From NCBI GenBank assembly GCA_964270895.1, contig OZ185440.1: 64,000 nucleotides of DNA; one strand, given 5' to 3'. Both the position numbers and the translations under genes were made by a program. The notes under the pieces were generated by a model. The model searched no databases and was not told the origin of the DNA. It saw only the letters and a list, made by a program, of their open reading frames with translations. Position 1 is the stretch's first letter, and each line of letters starts with the position of its first letter. Source of the DNA: Podarcis filfolensis (Eukaryota). Positions 38,528 through 51,704 of this stretch are shown piece after piece.

Positions 38528-40969
38528 TATATTCAGTCTCCCTACCAAATCATCCTAGAAACTGTCTTAATAGCACATGAACACTCGATGTAGTTTCTGG
38601 TCTCATTCAGAAATTAAACCTTGTTTTAGCATTAGGAGACCACAGGCATTGGACTGTACACTTCATTCTCCACTTTCTACCTCCTTCGTGCTCAAAGATA
38701 GATAGAAGCAGGGACCCAGCCCCGTTCTGATTGTGCTTCTGAGTATTTGAAAGGACAAACCTCAGATTGTACCTCTGTGCCTTTGTGAGTTTGATATCCC
38801 TATCAGAGCACAAAATGTCAAGTGAACATCATTCCTATGGTCCTAATCTTCCAAAATAGATGTTACGAAATAGATCAGATGGCCATAAATCTTTTACAAC
38901 ATTCAGAAGTACTCTTCTTAGCAGTTTTCTGTAGTACTTTTCTATAGTTAACTTCCTGCAAGCTAGATGGAAAATTTCTCTCCCCCCCCCCCCACCTATG
39001 CATCATGAAGACTCCACATTGCCTTCTCTGTCTGCCTTAACCAGTACAAGTAGTGGCTGGATTGGATTTCACAGGAATCCATTATTCTGAAACGATGCCA
39101 ACTCTATAGGCTGCTGGCAAGTGAAATATTTGTTCCTGTTTGGTATTGCTGTGGAATGCTGGCAAGCACCTTCTCTGGGTGCACTGAAGACTGGTGTGAC
39201 GTTAACACTGTCTGGGCCTACATTAGTCACATTGGTTAGAAAGGGGGAGATGTTGGGTCTGCAGCGCATTGATGCAACAATTGCTTCACCCTTGAGCTGT
39301 GGGAAAAATCTGCCTTTCTGCGCAGCTAGTTATTTCATGCTGAGCTTCTATTACAATTCTTCAGTCAAGGGGAAAGAGGACAGTCACGAATCACTGGTAT
39401 ATCAAGCAGGCAGCCTTTTAACAAGAACTTTTTAAGCCAGTGGAGTTAGAAATACCAGTGTCCTCTCACACAGCACAAAATCAGCCCAATATGGAGGACC
39501 CTTGTGCCAGTTATATGATCCTCAAGAACAGGATAAAGAGGAAGACAGTCTGATGATGGGCATGTCAGCTATTACTTTTCTGCCACGAGAGCCTGATTAC
39601 TTTATCCCTTGCTTTATGCATATAATGGGGTCGGCCCCACTAGGCCTCATGGCAAGCCAATGTTGTTACATGGGAGCATACAGCTGAACTACTATGATGC
39701 TTCTTCACCCTTGGGAATCCTTTGATTGCTTCACCTCTTGTAGACTAATAGGATTGAACTCGCTGTAGTCAGAGAAGAGTCTCACTGTACATCCACAGGG
39801 GAAGAGTTAAGAGATTCCATCATCCTCTATTCTAATTCCAAATCCGTTATCTGAGTGCTGTTGCAAATTATCTGGAAATAGCGAAAGCCACACACAGGAG
39901 GATGCCGTTGGCAAACTCGGGGTACCCTTGAGGTTTGCAGAAGTGCAAGAAGACTTGGACAGAGGAACTAAGAAGGAATAACTCCACCCCTCTCCAAAAA
40001 TACCAAACAAACCCTGAATGTACTCAGTGCCTGCAGACTGACAGTTGAGTGGGAATGGGATGGTGTGACTGGGTAAAGAGTATGGTGGAAAAGACTCAGA
40101 GAAATAAAAAGAAAGGTGTTTTGTTTTTTTAAGTATCCCCAGAGAAGGAAGTGAGAGCTAATAGAACTCAATGGATAAATTCAAAACATTAATGCCATAC
40201 TTCATTGGAGATTGCACTTCTTCCTAAGGACAGAGCTGGAGCACATTCCTGAGTGTAATAGCTCCCCCTACTGGATTAGACAGGCAGCGTCTTCAAGGCC
40301 TTTCACCTCCTCTCCAGGGGAAATTTTCCCTCCTTCCAGTCTGGCTCTGCTTGTGGTCTGCGATGGCTGGGTTTCTTAACTTAGCCTTGTCCTCTTCAGT
40401 GTGCTCTTTCTACTGTTGGCCTCTTCCCTTGGTTGTTTTGGGAGCTAATTCCTCCTCTCCTTGTTTGTATGTTGGTCGTTTCGCATATTAACACGGTTCC
40501 AGAGTCTCCCTTTTTAAAGGTGCAAAAATTCCTGTGCTCTTCCTTTTTGAAAGCGAAACAGAAACCCAAAATTGGAGTACCTGACTTCATTCGCTTCTGA
40601 ATAACTTAGAATCAGACCCAACACTATTTTCATGCTAACTGATGTAAAGATGCTGGGTTAGGTTAGTGAATGTAAAGTAAAATTGTACTGCCCGTAGTCA
40701 AATTTGGAGCCCAGTGTGTGACTTTGGTTACAGCCCTCCTCCTCCTGACCCCTGGCTTCCCCTGAAACACAAAGATGTTCAATAACTTGTTCGTAGGGTC
40801 ATTATTTTGGCTGTGCATTGTATATTCACAGAGGGCCAACGCTGGGGAGGGATGTTCCTGGATCCCTTCTCTCTGAGGTAAGAGGAGTAGGCTGGTTGAG
40901 GGGTTGAGCGTCTGTAGGATGCCACCTCGTTTTTTCCTGTTTCCTCATGGATTGCCTTCTCTGTTGTAG

Positions 40970-41091
40970 GTAAAGTTATGAAGCTCAGTCCCAAAGCAGA
41001 AGAAGTAGCAACGTTCTTTGCAAAGATGCTTGATCACGAATACACTACAAAGGACATCTTCAGGAAAAACTTCTTCAAAGACTGGAGAAAG
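40970..41091 (+). CDS. TOP1: DNA topoisomerase I exon 10
   Basis: ttgtag|GTAAAG...AGAAAG|gtatg; (G)KVMKLSPKAEEVATFFAKMLDHEYTTKDIFRKNFFKDWRK. Confidence 0.98.
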
Positions 41092-41791
41092 GTATGGTCA
41101 AGGTTATGGAAGGGTGGGAGTGTTTGGTTCCTTAGGTAGATAAAGTAGGCATGCAGTTTGCCACTTGCCTGGACACCTGCTAAATTGTTGCTTTTACGGT
41201 AGGAGCAGATGGCTCATTGCTTCTTTGCTTCCTCATTGAACACTTGGGGTTCTGTGCTTGAGGAAGGGCAGGAAATTTGCTTCTGTTTGCCTTCGTCGTT
41301 TCCCAACAGCCAGTCACTATTACTGCATGTGCAACTTTGAGTGAGTGAGTAAGAGAGAATATGAAATGTTCTGGGGAGGAATAGAACAGATTTGCTGCAT
41401 TTTGTTTGGCTGAGAAAAGAGAGAAACTCCCACAACAGGAAGGAGAAAAAGAGAAAGAAGCGAAGAAAGCAGATTCCTACTTGTGCTATAAGGGGGCAAG
41501 AGGAGAGTCGAGAGGAAATCTAAGTCAGAGACGTGAAGTCAACCCTCCTCCATTTGGCAAATAGAGAATTTCCTTGTAGTATTTAAGCAGGAGGGTTGAT
41601 TTGTTCCTAAGTGAGGTTTACATTCAGCTTTTGTATTTTGGGGTATTTAGAATGCTCAAATAAGTTGCTTATTCAAAGAAATTTTGTGCCCCCCAGTTTG
41701 TAGTCAGTGTTGTCTAGTAAGTAAATTAGGCTTTTAAATAAATCTATATTTTGCAAGTAAAATTATATTATGCTTGTGTATGCTCATGGTT

Positions 41792-42158
41792 GGGACGCGG
41801 GTGGCGCTGTGGTAAAACCTCAGTGCCTAGGGCTTGCCGATCACATGGTCGGCGGTTCAAATCCCCGCAGCGGGGTGAGCTCCCGTCTTTCGGTCCCAGC
41901 TCCTGCCCACCTAGCAGTTCGAAAGCACCCTTAAGTGCAAGTAGATAAATAGGTACCGCTTTATAGCGGGAAGGTAAACGGCGTTTCCGTGTGCTGCGCT
42001 GGTGCTGGCTCGCCAGAGCAGCTTTGTCACGCTGGCCACGTGACCCGGAAGTGTCTCCGGACAGCGCTGGCCCCCAGCCTCTTAAGTGAGATGGGCGCAC
42101 AACCCTAGAGTAGGACACGACTGGCCCATACGGGCAGGGGTACCTTTACCTTTACCTT
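41792..42158 (+). mobile_element. Sauria/Squam1 SINE, full length, 13-bp TSD
   Basis: gggacgcgggtggcgctgtgg head, B box ggttcaaatcccc, (ACCTTT)n tail; TSD tatgctcatggtt at 41779-41791 and 42159-42171. Confidence 0.92.
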
Positions 42159-43452
42159 TATGCTCATGGTTGCCAAGATTTAAGCAGTTGGAGCTTAAAT
42201 AATGCCTTAGACTAGAGGCATCTTGTCTGGTATCCATTGTTGTACCGGTATCCTAAAGTTGGGAACTACAAGAGCTGTCAGCCATGCGAAGAAGAGACAG
42301 CTCCATTTGCCTGGTGATAGCAGTCCTGCCTAATGCTTTGGTTAAGTTGAAATGGCTTCATTATTACTATTTTATTACTTGTGAAGCACTGTCCTAGAAT
42401 GGCCACAAACTATCTGAAACAGCAAAATGTGTCTGTGTTTATCACAGGCACACCCTACTTAAACTCTGTGGACCAGGAACCTTTTATTAAAAGTTTTCCT
42501 GACTAGAATCAATCTGCCAAGTGATGAATTATATTAAATAGGCTGTCACAGGTGACCCAGGTTTGGCAGGCTGGCTACGTTCTCTTCTGTTCATGTAACA
42601 TAGAACAAATATGATCAAAATAATGTATAACAGCTAGTGTAGTATCATTGGATGACATCGGACCAGTTTTTCAACCATCTTTCACGGTTGTTGTGAAGAC
42701 GAAATGGTTGGAGAGAAGTACTATATTCTGCCTTTAGCTGCTTGGAGGAAATCATTTCTCAGCCTAGATACCTCACAGCATTGTTCAGATAAACTGAGAA
42801 AGCTTCCTATATTTCACTCTGGACTCCTAGGAGACAGGGATACTTCTGTAATAAACAACGCCTGCAGGAGCATTGTTCAAGTGCAATATTTGGCACCCTG
42901 AGAGTCTTAGCATTCTTTAAAAAAGCTCGAATATCAAATCCATCCTGGGCAATGCCTGGTGAAAAATTTAATAATTAGAGGAAAGCTAAGAAGAGCTTCC
43001 CGAGTCCAGGCGTGTGACTCTGCACAGCAATCTGGAATTCTTCCTTGTCTCCCTCCCTCCATTTGGTTCTGCGCTCCCCATTCTGAAAGGGGTTTAAAAT
43101 CAGGATTTCAAGCTCCCTTGGAAATAACATGAAATTATAGGAATATACTTGACATACAGTCCCTAACTTCAGAGACTTCTTTGGTGTAGAATGTTGATAA
43201 GGTTTCATCTCTCAGCACTTGAGTATGGTTTGCTGAAGGATGCCATCTTTCTTAATTAGATGTTAATAATGCTCAAAGATGAAACCATAATGTTCTTCCA
43301 TTCTGCATTTGGCCTTTTATAGGTTTATAGCTCTTGTTGTAACTTCACTGATCTTATATATGATAGCAGCATCCAAACTGACTTTACTGAAAACAAGGTG
43401 GAGTGCAGTTTCCTTTTTAAGCCTTTTACAGATTCAGATTTCTTTTTTGCAG

Positions 43453-43575
43453 GAAATGACCCATGAAGAAAAGAGTACCATCACCAGCCTCAGCAAGTGT
43501 GACTTTAACCATATGAGTCAGTATTTCAAAGCCCAGTCAGAAGCCAGAAAACAGATGACCAAGGAGGAAAAACAG
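43453..43575 (+). CDS. TOP1: DNA topoisomerase I exon 11
   Basis: ttgcag|GAAATG...AAACAG|gtaac; EMTHEEKSTITSLSKCDFNHMSQYFKAQSEARKQMTKEEKQ. Confidence 0.98.
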
Positions 43576-43995
43576 GTAACTTGATTTAGAATTTGTTGTT
43601 GTTGTTTCAAGGTGCAAACAAAGGGTACAATCTAATATGATGGGTGATAAATGGTGAATTAAGGAAGGGATTAAAGGCTGGCCTAGAGATAAGACTTCAG
43701 ATAAATGAGAAGTGTGGTTGAGATGGGCTAGTCATGGTGGAAGGATGGGATGTTGAAATGCTGGGGATATTTCAAATTGTTTCTAAACTCTGTTGAGTAG
43801 GCCTGTGACTATTAACACTCTCAAGATCACAACCTCTTCCTTTCACTGCTTTGCTGTACTTGTAAAATGCCTCTTGCAGCACAACCTGGATGGAGCTAAT
43901 GAATTTCGTGTAACTCTGGTTCTGAATAATTTATACTGCGGTTTGGAGTGTGTTGTAATTTTTTCCTTTTATGTGGGTGTTTTGTTTTCCCCTAG

Positions 43996-44183
43996 AAAAT
44001 TAAAGAGGAGAACGAGCGGTTATTAAAAGAATATGGCTATTGTATCATGGATAACCATAAGGAAAGAATTGCCAACTTTAAGATTGAGCCTCCGGGTCTC
44101 TTCAGAGGGCGTGGAAACCATCCTAAAATGGGCATGCTGAAGAGGCGGATAATGCCAGAAGACATCATCATCAATTGTAGCAA
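43996..44183 (+). CDS. TOP1: DNA topoisomerase I exon 12
   Basis: ccctag|AAAATT...AGCAA|gtgag; [62 protein letters not shown](K). Confidence 0.98.
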
Positions 44184-45419
44184 GTGAGCATGGAAGATTT
44201 CACACACTAGCTAGGAGTGACTTTTGGTTATAATGCGTAGCAGCTGTGTTCAGGCTTTTCACTCCGGATAACCTCTCTAACATAAGTGCAGCCCAAGAGT
44301 TGAAGTCCAGTACATACCACGTTAAATTTCACTTGTGAACTTTTCACCGTAGTTCACAAACAACTGTCAAATCATTAGTTTGTTTCTTTAAAGAAAGAGT
44401 ATTGTGAACAGGCAAAACGCAAATGTTTGAATCTATTTATTTTTAAATATTAGTAGATGGTGGTGGTTGCATTTCCACCCTCCTTTTTCCTTCGGGAAGC
44501 TCAAAGTAGCTTACTTTGAGACAAACAGGCATTCTGCTGTTCAGCCTAAGACTTGGTTAACTTTAACAAATCACTTGCCTTATGTCACTTCAGACCAGTT
44601 TCCTAGCTCACAGACGCCGTCGTATCTCTTTAACTTTAATAGATTGTGGAAGGTATAGCCCCATCACAACTTGGTCCCTGGTATACTGTGATAACATGGG
44701 ATCTCTCTTACCCAATGTTTACCATGTCAGACCTGTTGAAAAAGATCTGTAGTTCAGGACATGGTAGCTTATATTTCAAGCCAAAAGAGCAGTTTGCCCA
44801 GTTTCAGAAGACCTTAGAATATTGATAGCCTGGTCTACCTAAGGAGCAAAATATTATATTCAGTAAGCAAGGTTTGGGGAAGGTGGGACTGGATGGTGAG
44901 AGCTGATGGAGTGAGGTAAGATTTCAGCTGCTTAGGCAGTTTGGTATTTCTGCAAAAGTGATTTGTAGAAACATGAGTGCAGGGTAAAGGTTGCAGAGGG
45001 AAAGACTTCTTAACATCCTCAACAGGGCTGTTTCAAAACATTACAGTGTCTAAATTGCTTAGTAGTTTTTAACATGCCAATAAGCTTAAGATTGTAGTTT
45101 TTATTTGTAAGAATAGCATAAGCCTTGTTTGCTTTAAAACCTTTTAAGAATCTTAAAGCAGATATATACAAGAATTGATGCAAACATTTACACACTTGGT
45201 TTTTCTGATTGCCGGGCTTGAGGCATATAAATATCTGGCAAATCTAGACAGTTCATATTGTGACTTTCATTTCAATTAATGGTGCCAGCTTCAATTACAA
45301 TGAATTAAACTGAATAAATTATTTCCTGGTTGTATTTTTCTGTTATTCACAGTTTGTAGTCTTTTCAGTTTTGAAATCATTGTTGTGTTCTTGGTTGTTG
45401 TTTTTCCACCCTTGTACAG

Positions 45420-45564
45420 AGATTCAAAAGTTCCTCCCCCTCCCCCTGGACATAAATGGAAAGAAGTCCGGCATGATAACAAGGTGACCTGGTTGGTGTC
45501 ATGGACAGAGAACATCCAAGGATCTATTAAGTACATCATGTTGAATCCCAGTTCTAGAATCAAG
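45420..45564 (+). CDS. TOP1: DNA topoisomerase I exon 13
   Basis: gtacag|AGATTCA...ATCAAG|gtgat; [48 protein letters not shown]. Confidence 0.98.
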
Positions 45565-45622
45565 GTGATAGTTTGTCTGAAAACTTGCAAGATACTTCTG
45601 ACATGCCCAATGCTCTGTATCA

Positions 45623-45762
45623 TAGGAATCTGCCCTGTACTGCTCCATCTAGTTCGGCAGCATCTACACTGACTGCAAGCAGCTCTCCAGGATTTCAGAC
45701 GGGAGTCTTTCCCAGCCCTTCCTGGAGATGCTGGAATTGAACCAGGGACTACTGAACTACTG
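45623..45762 (-). mobile_element. Squam3-like SINE, antisense
   Basis: ccatctagttcggcagcatctacactgactgcaagcagctctccaggatttcagac...ctggagatgctggaattgaacc is the reverse complement of the 1337 family. Confidence 0.7.
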
Positions 45763-46037
45763 ACCGTTCCTAAGAAATCAGTGTGTCATTAAATGGAAGA
45801 TCCAAAGAGTACTTCATTACTTTTTTGCGACTCTGCTACCAGCTTAGTGGGTCTTTAAAACTTCTTAACCCCTTAGGCACTTCTGAAATAGGCAGTAACG
45901 TTCAAGTCGAATAATGTCTGTACGGTGGCAATGAGGGAATCTTGGGAAAGTGTTCTTAAAATATGCTCCATCTCCAAACTGGAGCCTTTATGCTTTGGAG
46001 CAGGTCCTCATGTTGTTCCTTGTGATTGCCTCTGCAG

Positions 46038-46181
46038 GGTGAGAAGGACTGGCAGAAATATGAGACTGCTCGGAGACTGAAGAAATGTGTAGATAAGATT
46101 CGAAATAATTATCGAGAAGACTGGAAGTCCAAAGAGATGAAAGTGCGGCAGAGGGCGGTTGCGCTGTACTTCATTGACAAA
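46038..46181 (+). CDS. TOP1: DNA topoisomerase I exon 14
   Basis: ctgcag|GGTGAG...GACAAA|gtgag; [48 protein letters not shown]. Confidence 0.98.
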
Positions 46182-46905
46182 GTGAGAATCTGTCACTTTT
46201 CCAGTTCCTTCCCTTTTTTTTATTGCCTGGGCAGGGCTCCTCGGCCTAGACTTGTTGAAGCATTGGTTTGAAACTGATAAGCTTCTAAGCACAACGGTAC
46301 TAAATGTGCTGGAGAGATGTTTGAAGTAGGTGCCAATGGAATTGAATAATCCAGAAGTATTTCTAAAGCATAGATGGGAAGCTTTCCTTGGCAAATACAC
46401 TGCTTTTTGTGATTGCTTAACTATGAGCTGAATGAGTACGGGTAAAATTCTGCCCACTTTCCTCGGGACGCCTCTGCATATGTACATACATGCACACACA
46501 GTTTACTTTTTGCAATGCTGTTAAGAGGTGGCAGCTAAAGTGGGCAGATCTATTCTGGAATCAAATGATGATAAATGGAATTTTGCTGCAACATCAGTGG
46601 TAAAATTGGCACTAACTTACCTATAAGCACTGCCCCGTGTTAGCTCATTAAGGCATATGGACAGCACACAGACAAGCCCCCAGTCACCTAAGCAAATAGA
46701 TAACATGGGACCAAGCCTAGTGTATTCTTTCAGCTGCATTTACAAATGCTATAATCTCAGCTCTGGAGTTTCAACTGATAGCTTCTTAGCACAAGGAATC
46801 CTGAAGCAGCTTCTCACTGGGTAACCAATGGGGTTAAAAATGCCTCCTGTTTTGAGTGTTATTTGTGACATCTCTCTGCTCTCTTTCATTGTTTCATATT
46901 TGCAG

Positions 46906-47091
46906 CTTGCTCTGAGAGCTGGTAATGAGAAAGAGGAAGGGGAGACGGCTGACACAGTGGGCTGCTGCTCCCTCCGTGTAGAACATATTAATTTGCATCC
47001 AGAGTTGGATGGCCAGGAATACGTGGTAGAATTTGACTTCCTTGGAAAGGATTCCATACGATACTACAACAAAGTCCCTGTTGAGAAAAGG
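46906..47091 (+). CDS. TOP1: DNA topoisomerase I exon 15 (catalytic Arg and Lys)
   Basis: ttgcag|CTTGCT...AAAAGG|gtaag; [62 protein letters not shown] (human R488, K532, D533 equivalents). Confidence 0.98.
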
Positions 47092-47240
47092 GTAAGGATT
47101 TTTTTCTTGTGCACTTAACATTTAATGAAAGGGAGTCTGAAAAGTCTTCTTACTGAATTGCCTTTCTTCTGGTGAGTCTTTAGATCTCACCTTGAGTAAG
47201 TACAGTGTCCATCTGGACATAAATATTTCACATCTTGGAG

Positions 47241-47366
47241 TCATAGAAATGTAGATTTGGATGGGACCACAAGGGTCATCTAGTCCAACCCCCTGCAATG
47301 CAGGAATTGTTTTGCCCAAAGACCCACAACCCTGAGATTAAGAGTCTCATTCTCTTTCCAACTGCA
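47241..47366 (-). mobile_element. SINE with tRNA(Lys)-like head and CR1-derived tail
   Basis: Minus strand: cagttggaaagagaatgagactcttaatctcagggttgtggg followed by attcctgcattgcagggggttggactagatgaccc (CR1 3' end). Confidence 0.65.
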
Positions 47367-47834
47367 TCTAAACAAGGAGGTTCCATTTAACCTTCATGGT
47401 TAATGGATCCTTCTTTAATTTTCTTTTTCTTCATGTCTCCATAGTGGTAATTGTTTTTATAAAGTTCTGTAGCTCTCCCCGCCCCCAAAAATCATCTCTG
47501 CCTTAGTGCTTTCAGCCTATTCTTATTGGGAAGGCACCCCAGTTCTTTAATATACCTCTTCAGTCAGGAAAATATTTGTTGCTTCTTTCTCCCCCCCCCC
47601 CACCACTGATGAATAGTGGTCTATGTACTCCTATCCCTTGTTTGCAGGATCCACCAACACACTTCCTGTAGGCCAGTAGAGAACAGTGTTCCTTCAGCAT
47701 TGTGTACATGGAAGCATGGACATGTGAATTAGTGAGGAGCACGTTATACCGCCATCAAGTTGGAATTATGTCCATCCAGTTTCTTTTTTTCATGCTGTAA
47801 TGGTCTTCTTCTCTCCCATCCGTTTGCCTTGTAG

Positions 47835-47903
47835 GTTTTTAAGAATCTTCAGTTGTTCATGGAAAACAAACAGCCTGAAGATGACCTCTTTGATAGACTT
47901 AAT
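47835..47903 (+). CDS. TOP1: DNA topoisomerase I exon 16
   Basis: ttgtag|GTTTTT...CTTAAT|gtgag; VFKNLQLFMENKQPEDDLFDRLN. Confidence 0.98.
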
Positions 47904-48541
47904 GTGAGTGCCTTCCATACCTGGTACTTGAGAGTTAATCATAAATGATAACCTTGGCTGGATTTTTTAATTGGAATTCTTGCTGTGATTATGGTTCCCT
48001 TTACACTGGCTTGGGAAAGGGTACAATTTTTAACAGGCTGCTTATGGTGCAGGCAGTTTTGTATTTAACAGAGGAGTTCATGGAACTGAAATCTGCCCTC
48101 GTAGAAACTGTCATGTAGCAGCAGTTTGAGAGAAGGATGTGTGATACAGTACTGCAGGCTTGTTTCTGTTTCTCTATTTTAATTTGGGGTTTGGTTTTAG
48201 TGCTGCATCACAATTGATTGCATTCCTCTTTCGTTTATCCTATAAGCTGCCCTGAGAACTTTTTGTTATAGGGTGCCCTGTAAAGATTGAAAACACATAA
48301 AAAATGTGTAACACAAGCTCCATTGTTTACCATCGGGATTTTGGGCTTCCACTCCTATCAGCCCCAGCTAGCATGGCTCATGGTCAAAGATGATGGGAGC
48401 TGGCTGTAGTCCAAAGAGGGCCAGCGGATTGTTATTCCCAGCTTACCAGTTCACTAAATCCGCTTTCAGGCATTAATTCTGGGAACACTGAGTATACTAG
48501 TGGGGCTGGCGGGTGGGCGGAAACAGGCTCCACCTCTAATC

Positions 48542-48669
48542 CAGGCATCCCCGAACTCGACCCTCCAACTGTTTTGGGACTACAACTCCCATCATCCCTA
48601 GCTAATAGGACCAGTGGTCAGGGAGTTGTAGTCCCAAAACAGCTGGAGGGCCAAGTTTGGGGATTCCTG
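48542..48669. mobile_element. hAT MITE, same family as 23741
   Basis: TIRs caggcatccccgaact / agtttggggattcctg; flanking 8-mers ctctaatc / ctccagtg only partly match. Confidence 0.8.
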
Positions 48670-49672
48670 CTCCAGTGAATGCATATAGATGGAGGCAGAA
48701 ACACTTTCCCATGATCTCCCCACCCACCAAGCATTCATAAGTCCCTAAGTAAGAGTTGGAGAAATGCATTGCTCTAGGAGGTGGAATCCAAAAGGTTCAC
48801 CACACTTTAAATGCCTGACATCATATGGCATTGGGTGGATCCATGCCTTTCGGAAAGCAGCAGGGATCTGGTTTTATTCCAGAGCTCCTGAGTGCAACAA
48901 TGTCAGCAGTGCCAAATTTAAACAGTGCTGAAGGTAAGCTGCCAAAAAAGTGCACTCCCAGTTGTTCCTTGGCAGCTGCCTCTTCTGATACGCATGTGTC
49001 ATCAGGGGAGTGGCAAGGAGGTGTGACCTGCCAAAGATGGCCATGTGGACCAAATTGGCTCACCTGGTGGGCTTTATTTGACACACAGGCTGGAGGTGGT
49101 CTTTCACCACCACCACCACCACCCCCCAAAAAAAAATCATGGAAAGGGTTTAAGACTAGGTTGAATAGATGAGTTTGTCCCTCTTGGAATTTAGTTGGAG
49201 TATCTGTGTCACATGAAAAGGAAATGTGTCTTTCTTGTACAAAATACCCCAGCCTCCCTAACTGCAGACTCTACCTTTTCGTTGCAGTAGTAGTAGTAGT
49301 TGTAATATTATCTGCTTCCATGCCATGCCCACAACCATTTTCCCCAGTTGCATCTGTTAGGGTATCTGCCCCTTCTGCTGAATTGTCATATAGCTCATAA
49401 GTGACCTGCCAGATGCCTATGGAAAGCCCAGATGCAGGATCTGAGTGCAGCAGAGCCCTTCTCACTTGAGATTCGCAGCAACTGGTATTCAGAGGCATAC
49501 TTCCTTGGACAGCAGAGGTAGAACATATCCATGGTGGCTACCAGCCACTGATAGGCTCATCCTCCTACTTCCCATCTCCTCAAATTACGAGAGTAAGGAG
49601 GGTGCACAGGTTGAGGTGTTCTACTGATGAATGCTGGAATTAATTTAAGCCTCCTTTATTTCTTCCCCTTAG

Positions 49673-49787
49673 ACTAGCATCTTAAATAAGCATCTTCAAG
49701 ACCTTATGGAAGGACTTACAGCCAAGGTATTTCGAACGTATAATGCCTCCATTACGCTACAGCAGCAGCTAAAGGAGCTCACAACTG
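49673..49787 (+). CDS. TOP1: DNA topoisomerase I exon 17 (catalytic Arg)
   Basis: ccttag|ACTAGC...ACTG|gtaag; [38 protein letters not shown] (R590 equivalent). Confidence 0.98.
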
Positions 49788-50395
49788 GTAAGAACTTTTT
49801 GGATTAGCACACCTCATACTTTTCTGTTTCTGGGTTGATTGTAACATCGATCCAAATGCAGGCTTAAGAGCCAATGGCTGGAAATTACTTGGGCTTCTCC
49901 ACAGTTCCATGTTCTGTTCAGAGGCAATTATTTTTGAACCACGTTGAACAAAGTTCCAAAGTTGCTGTTGTGGCTAGCTGACCTTCTGAAGAGGAAGGAA
50001 CTGAAATCTGTGCCTTTCCAAGTCCATTTCGGATTTGAAATGTGCCCAGCAGTACCTTGAATTAGGTCAGAGGCAGCTTGTCAGCCAGTGCCAAGTGGCG
50101 AAGAATGTCAAAGGAGACCACTTAATTCTTAAAACAACTGTGGTTTCCAAGAGATCTTCAAAGGTGTATTGAAACATTTCAAATAGGAACGGTGTCTGTG
50201 ACTTGCCTTTGCTAACCTGGTGCCCTCCAAATGTTTTGGACTACAACTTCTAGGAAGCTGTACAGAACATCTGGATGGCATCAGGTTGACAAAGGCTGCC
50301 CTGAATTAGCCAGACCAGAGAGAAGAAGACAGCTAGCCAGGACACTTGGTAAATTTCTAACAGCCTTCAAGGATTTATTTGGTTCCCTTAGACAA

Positions 50396-50750
50396 GGGAC
50401 GTGGGTGGCGCTGTGGGTTAAGCCACAGAGCCTAGGACTTGCCGATCAGAAGGTCGGCGGTTCGAATCCCCGCAACGGGGTGAGCTCCCGTTGCTCGGTC
50501 CCTGCTCCTGCCAACCTAGCAGTTCGAAAGCATGTCAAAGTGCAAGTAGATAACTAGGCACCGCTCTGGCAGGAAGGAAAACAGCGTTTCCGTGCACCGC
50601 TCTGGTTCGCCAGAAGCAGCTTAGTCATGCTGGCCACATGACCTGGAAGCTGTACGCCGGCTCCCTCGGCCAATAAAGCGAGATGAGCGCCGCAACCCCA
50701 GAGTCGGCCACGACTGGACCTAATGGTCAGGGGTCTCTTTACTTTACCTA
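50396..50750 (+). mobile_element. Sauria/Squam1 SINE (second subfamily)
   Basis: gggacgtgggtggcgctgtggg head, B box ggttcgaatcccc, 3' gagtcggccacgactggacc, ACYTTT-type tail; TSD only degenerate. Confidence 0.9.
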
Positions 50751-51134
50751 GTTCCCAAGAAAACCATTATAACCCATCTCCCACCACAGTGGATGTCTAT
50801 AATATGCACCTCAATCAGATAATGTTCTGTCCACAATGAAGGCAGGCTTGACCCTGGGCTTCAAGGCTTTGCCTGATAAAGATGTTCTGTTTGTGTTGTC
50901 CATATAAATGGATGGTGTGCCTTTTTAAAATCCAGCATGCCCAGGCTTGCAGAGAAGGAATGCAAGAGGCAAATAACGGTTAGATCAGAGACCATAGATA
51001 ACTATTGAAATACAAGGGGTTTAAACTGAATACTGGAGATGATACACTAGAATACAAGTTGTAATCATTAGCATTCTCATAGCACTTTAAGGTGTTGAAG
51101 CCTGCATAAGGAATGTAGAAATCTGCTTTGCATC

Positions 51135-51430
51135 TACCCCCAGTATTACTCACTCCATGGTCTCAGGCAGAAACCTTTCCAACCACATGCTCTCTGATTC
51201 TGTTAAGCAGAGGTGCCAGGGATTGAACTTGAGATCCTTTACATGCAAAGTATATGTTCTGCCACTAAGCTGTGGACTCACCTCAAAAGAGCAAGTCTTT
51301 CTGTATGCAGTCATCCCTCTGAACTCCATTTCTCCCCTCTGCTGCCTGAGATCCTTAACTAGAGATGCTGGGGGCTGAACCTCAGACCTTCTGCATGCAA
51401 AATATGTTATTTGCTATTAAGCTACAGCCC
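51135..51430 (-). mobile_element. Two Squam3-like SINE heads, antisense
   Basis: gtgccagggattgaacttgagatcctttacatgcaaag and gatgctgggggctgaacctcagaccttctgcatgcaaa...gctacagcccc. Confidence 0.6.
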
Positions 51431-51576
51431 CCAATCCCATTATAAGCATGTTACAGATGGCTGAGAGCCAAGCTGCTAATTTTTCTTCCCCATGAAAAAG
51501 TGAAATTATCCAAGAAAGAGCTAGACTTTTCCATACAGAAATGCAAATTTCACTTGTTCATTTTAAACTTTTCTAG

Positions 51577-51704
51577 CGGATGATAATGTCCCAGCAAAGA
51601 TCCTGTCTTATAACCGTGCCAATAGAGCTGTTGCTATTCTCTGCAACCACCAGAGGGCGCCTCCAAAGACCTTTGAGAAATCCATGATGAATTTACAGAG
51701 CAAG
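51577..51704 (+). CDS. TOP1: DNA topoisomerase I exon 18 (catalytic His)
   Basis: ttctag|CGGATG...AGCAAG|gtaac; (A)[42 protein letters not shown] (H632 equivalent). Confidence 0.98.

Noticed and set aside
46008-46499. 163-aa antisense ORF over exon 14
   Set aside because: Shadow frame of a coding exon plus intron.
47300-47366. tRNA-Lys-like gene (and other tRNA-like heads at 1337, 41792, 50396, 51135)
   Set aside because: Degenerate and fused to SINE bodies or CR1 tails; these are SINE heads, not tRNA genes.
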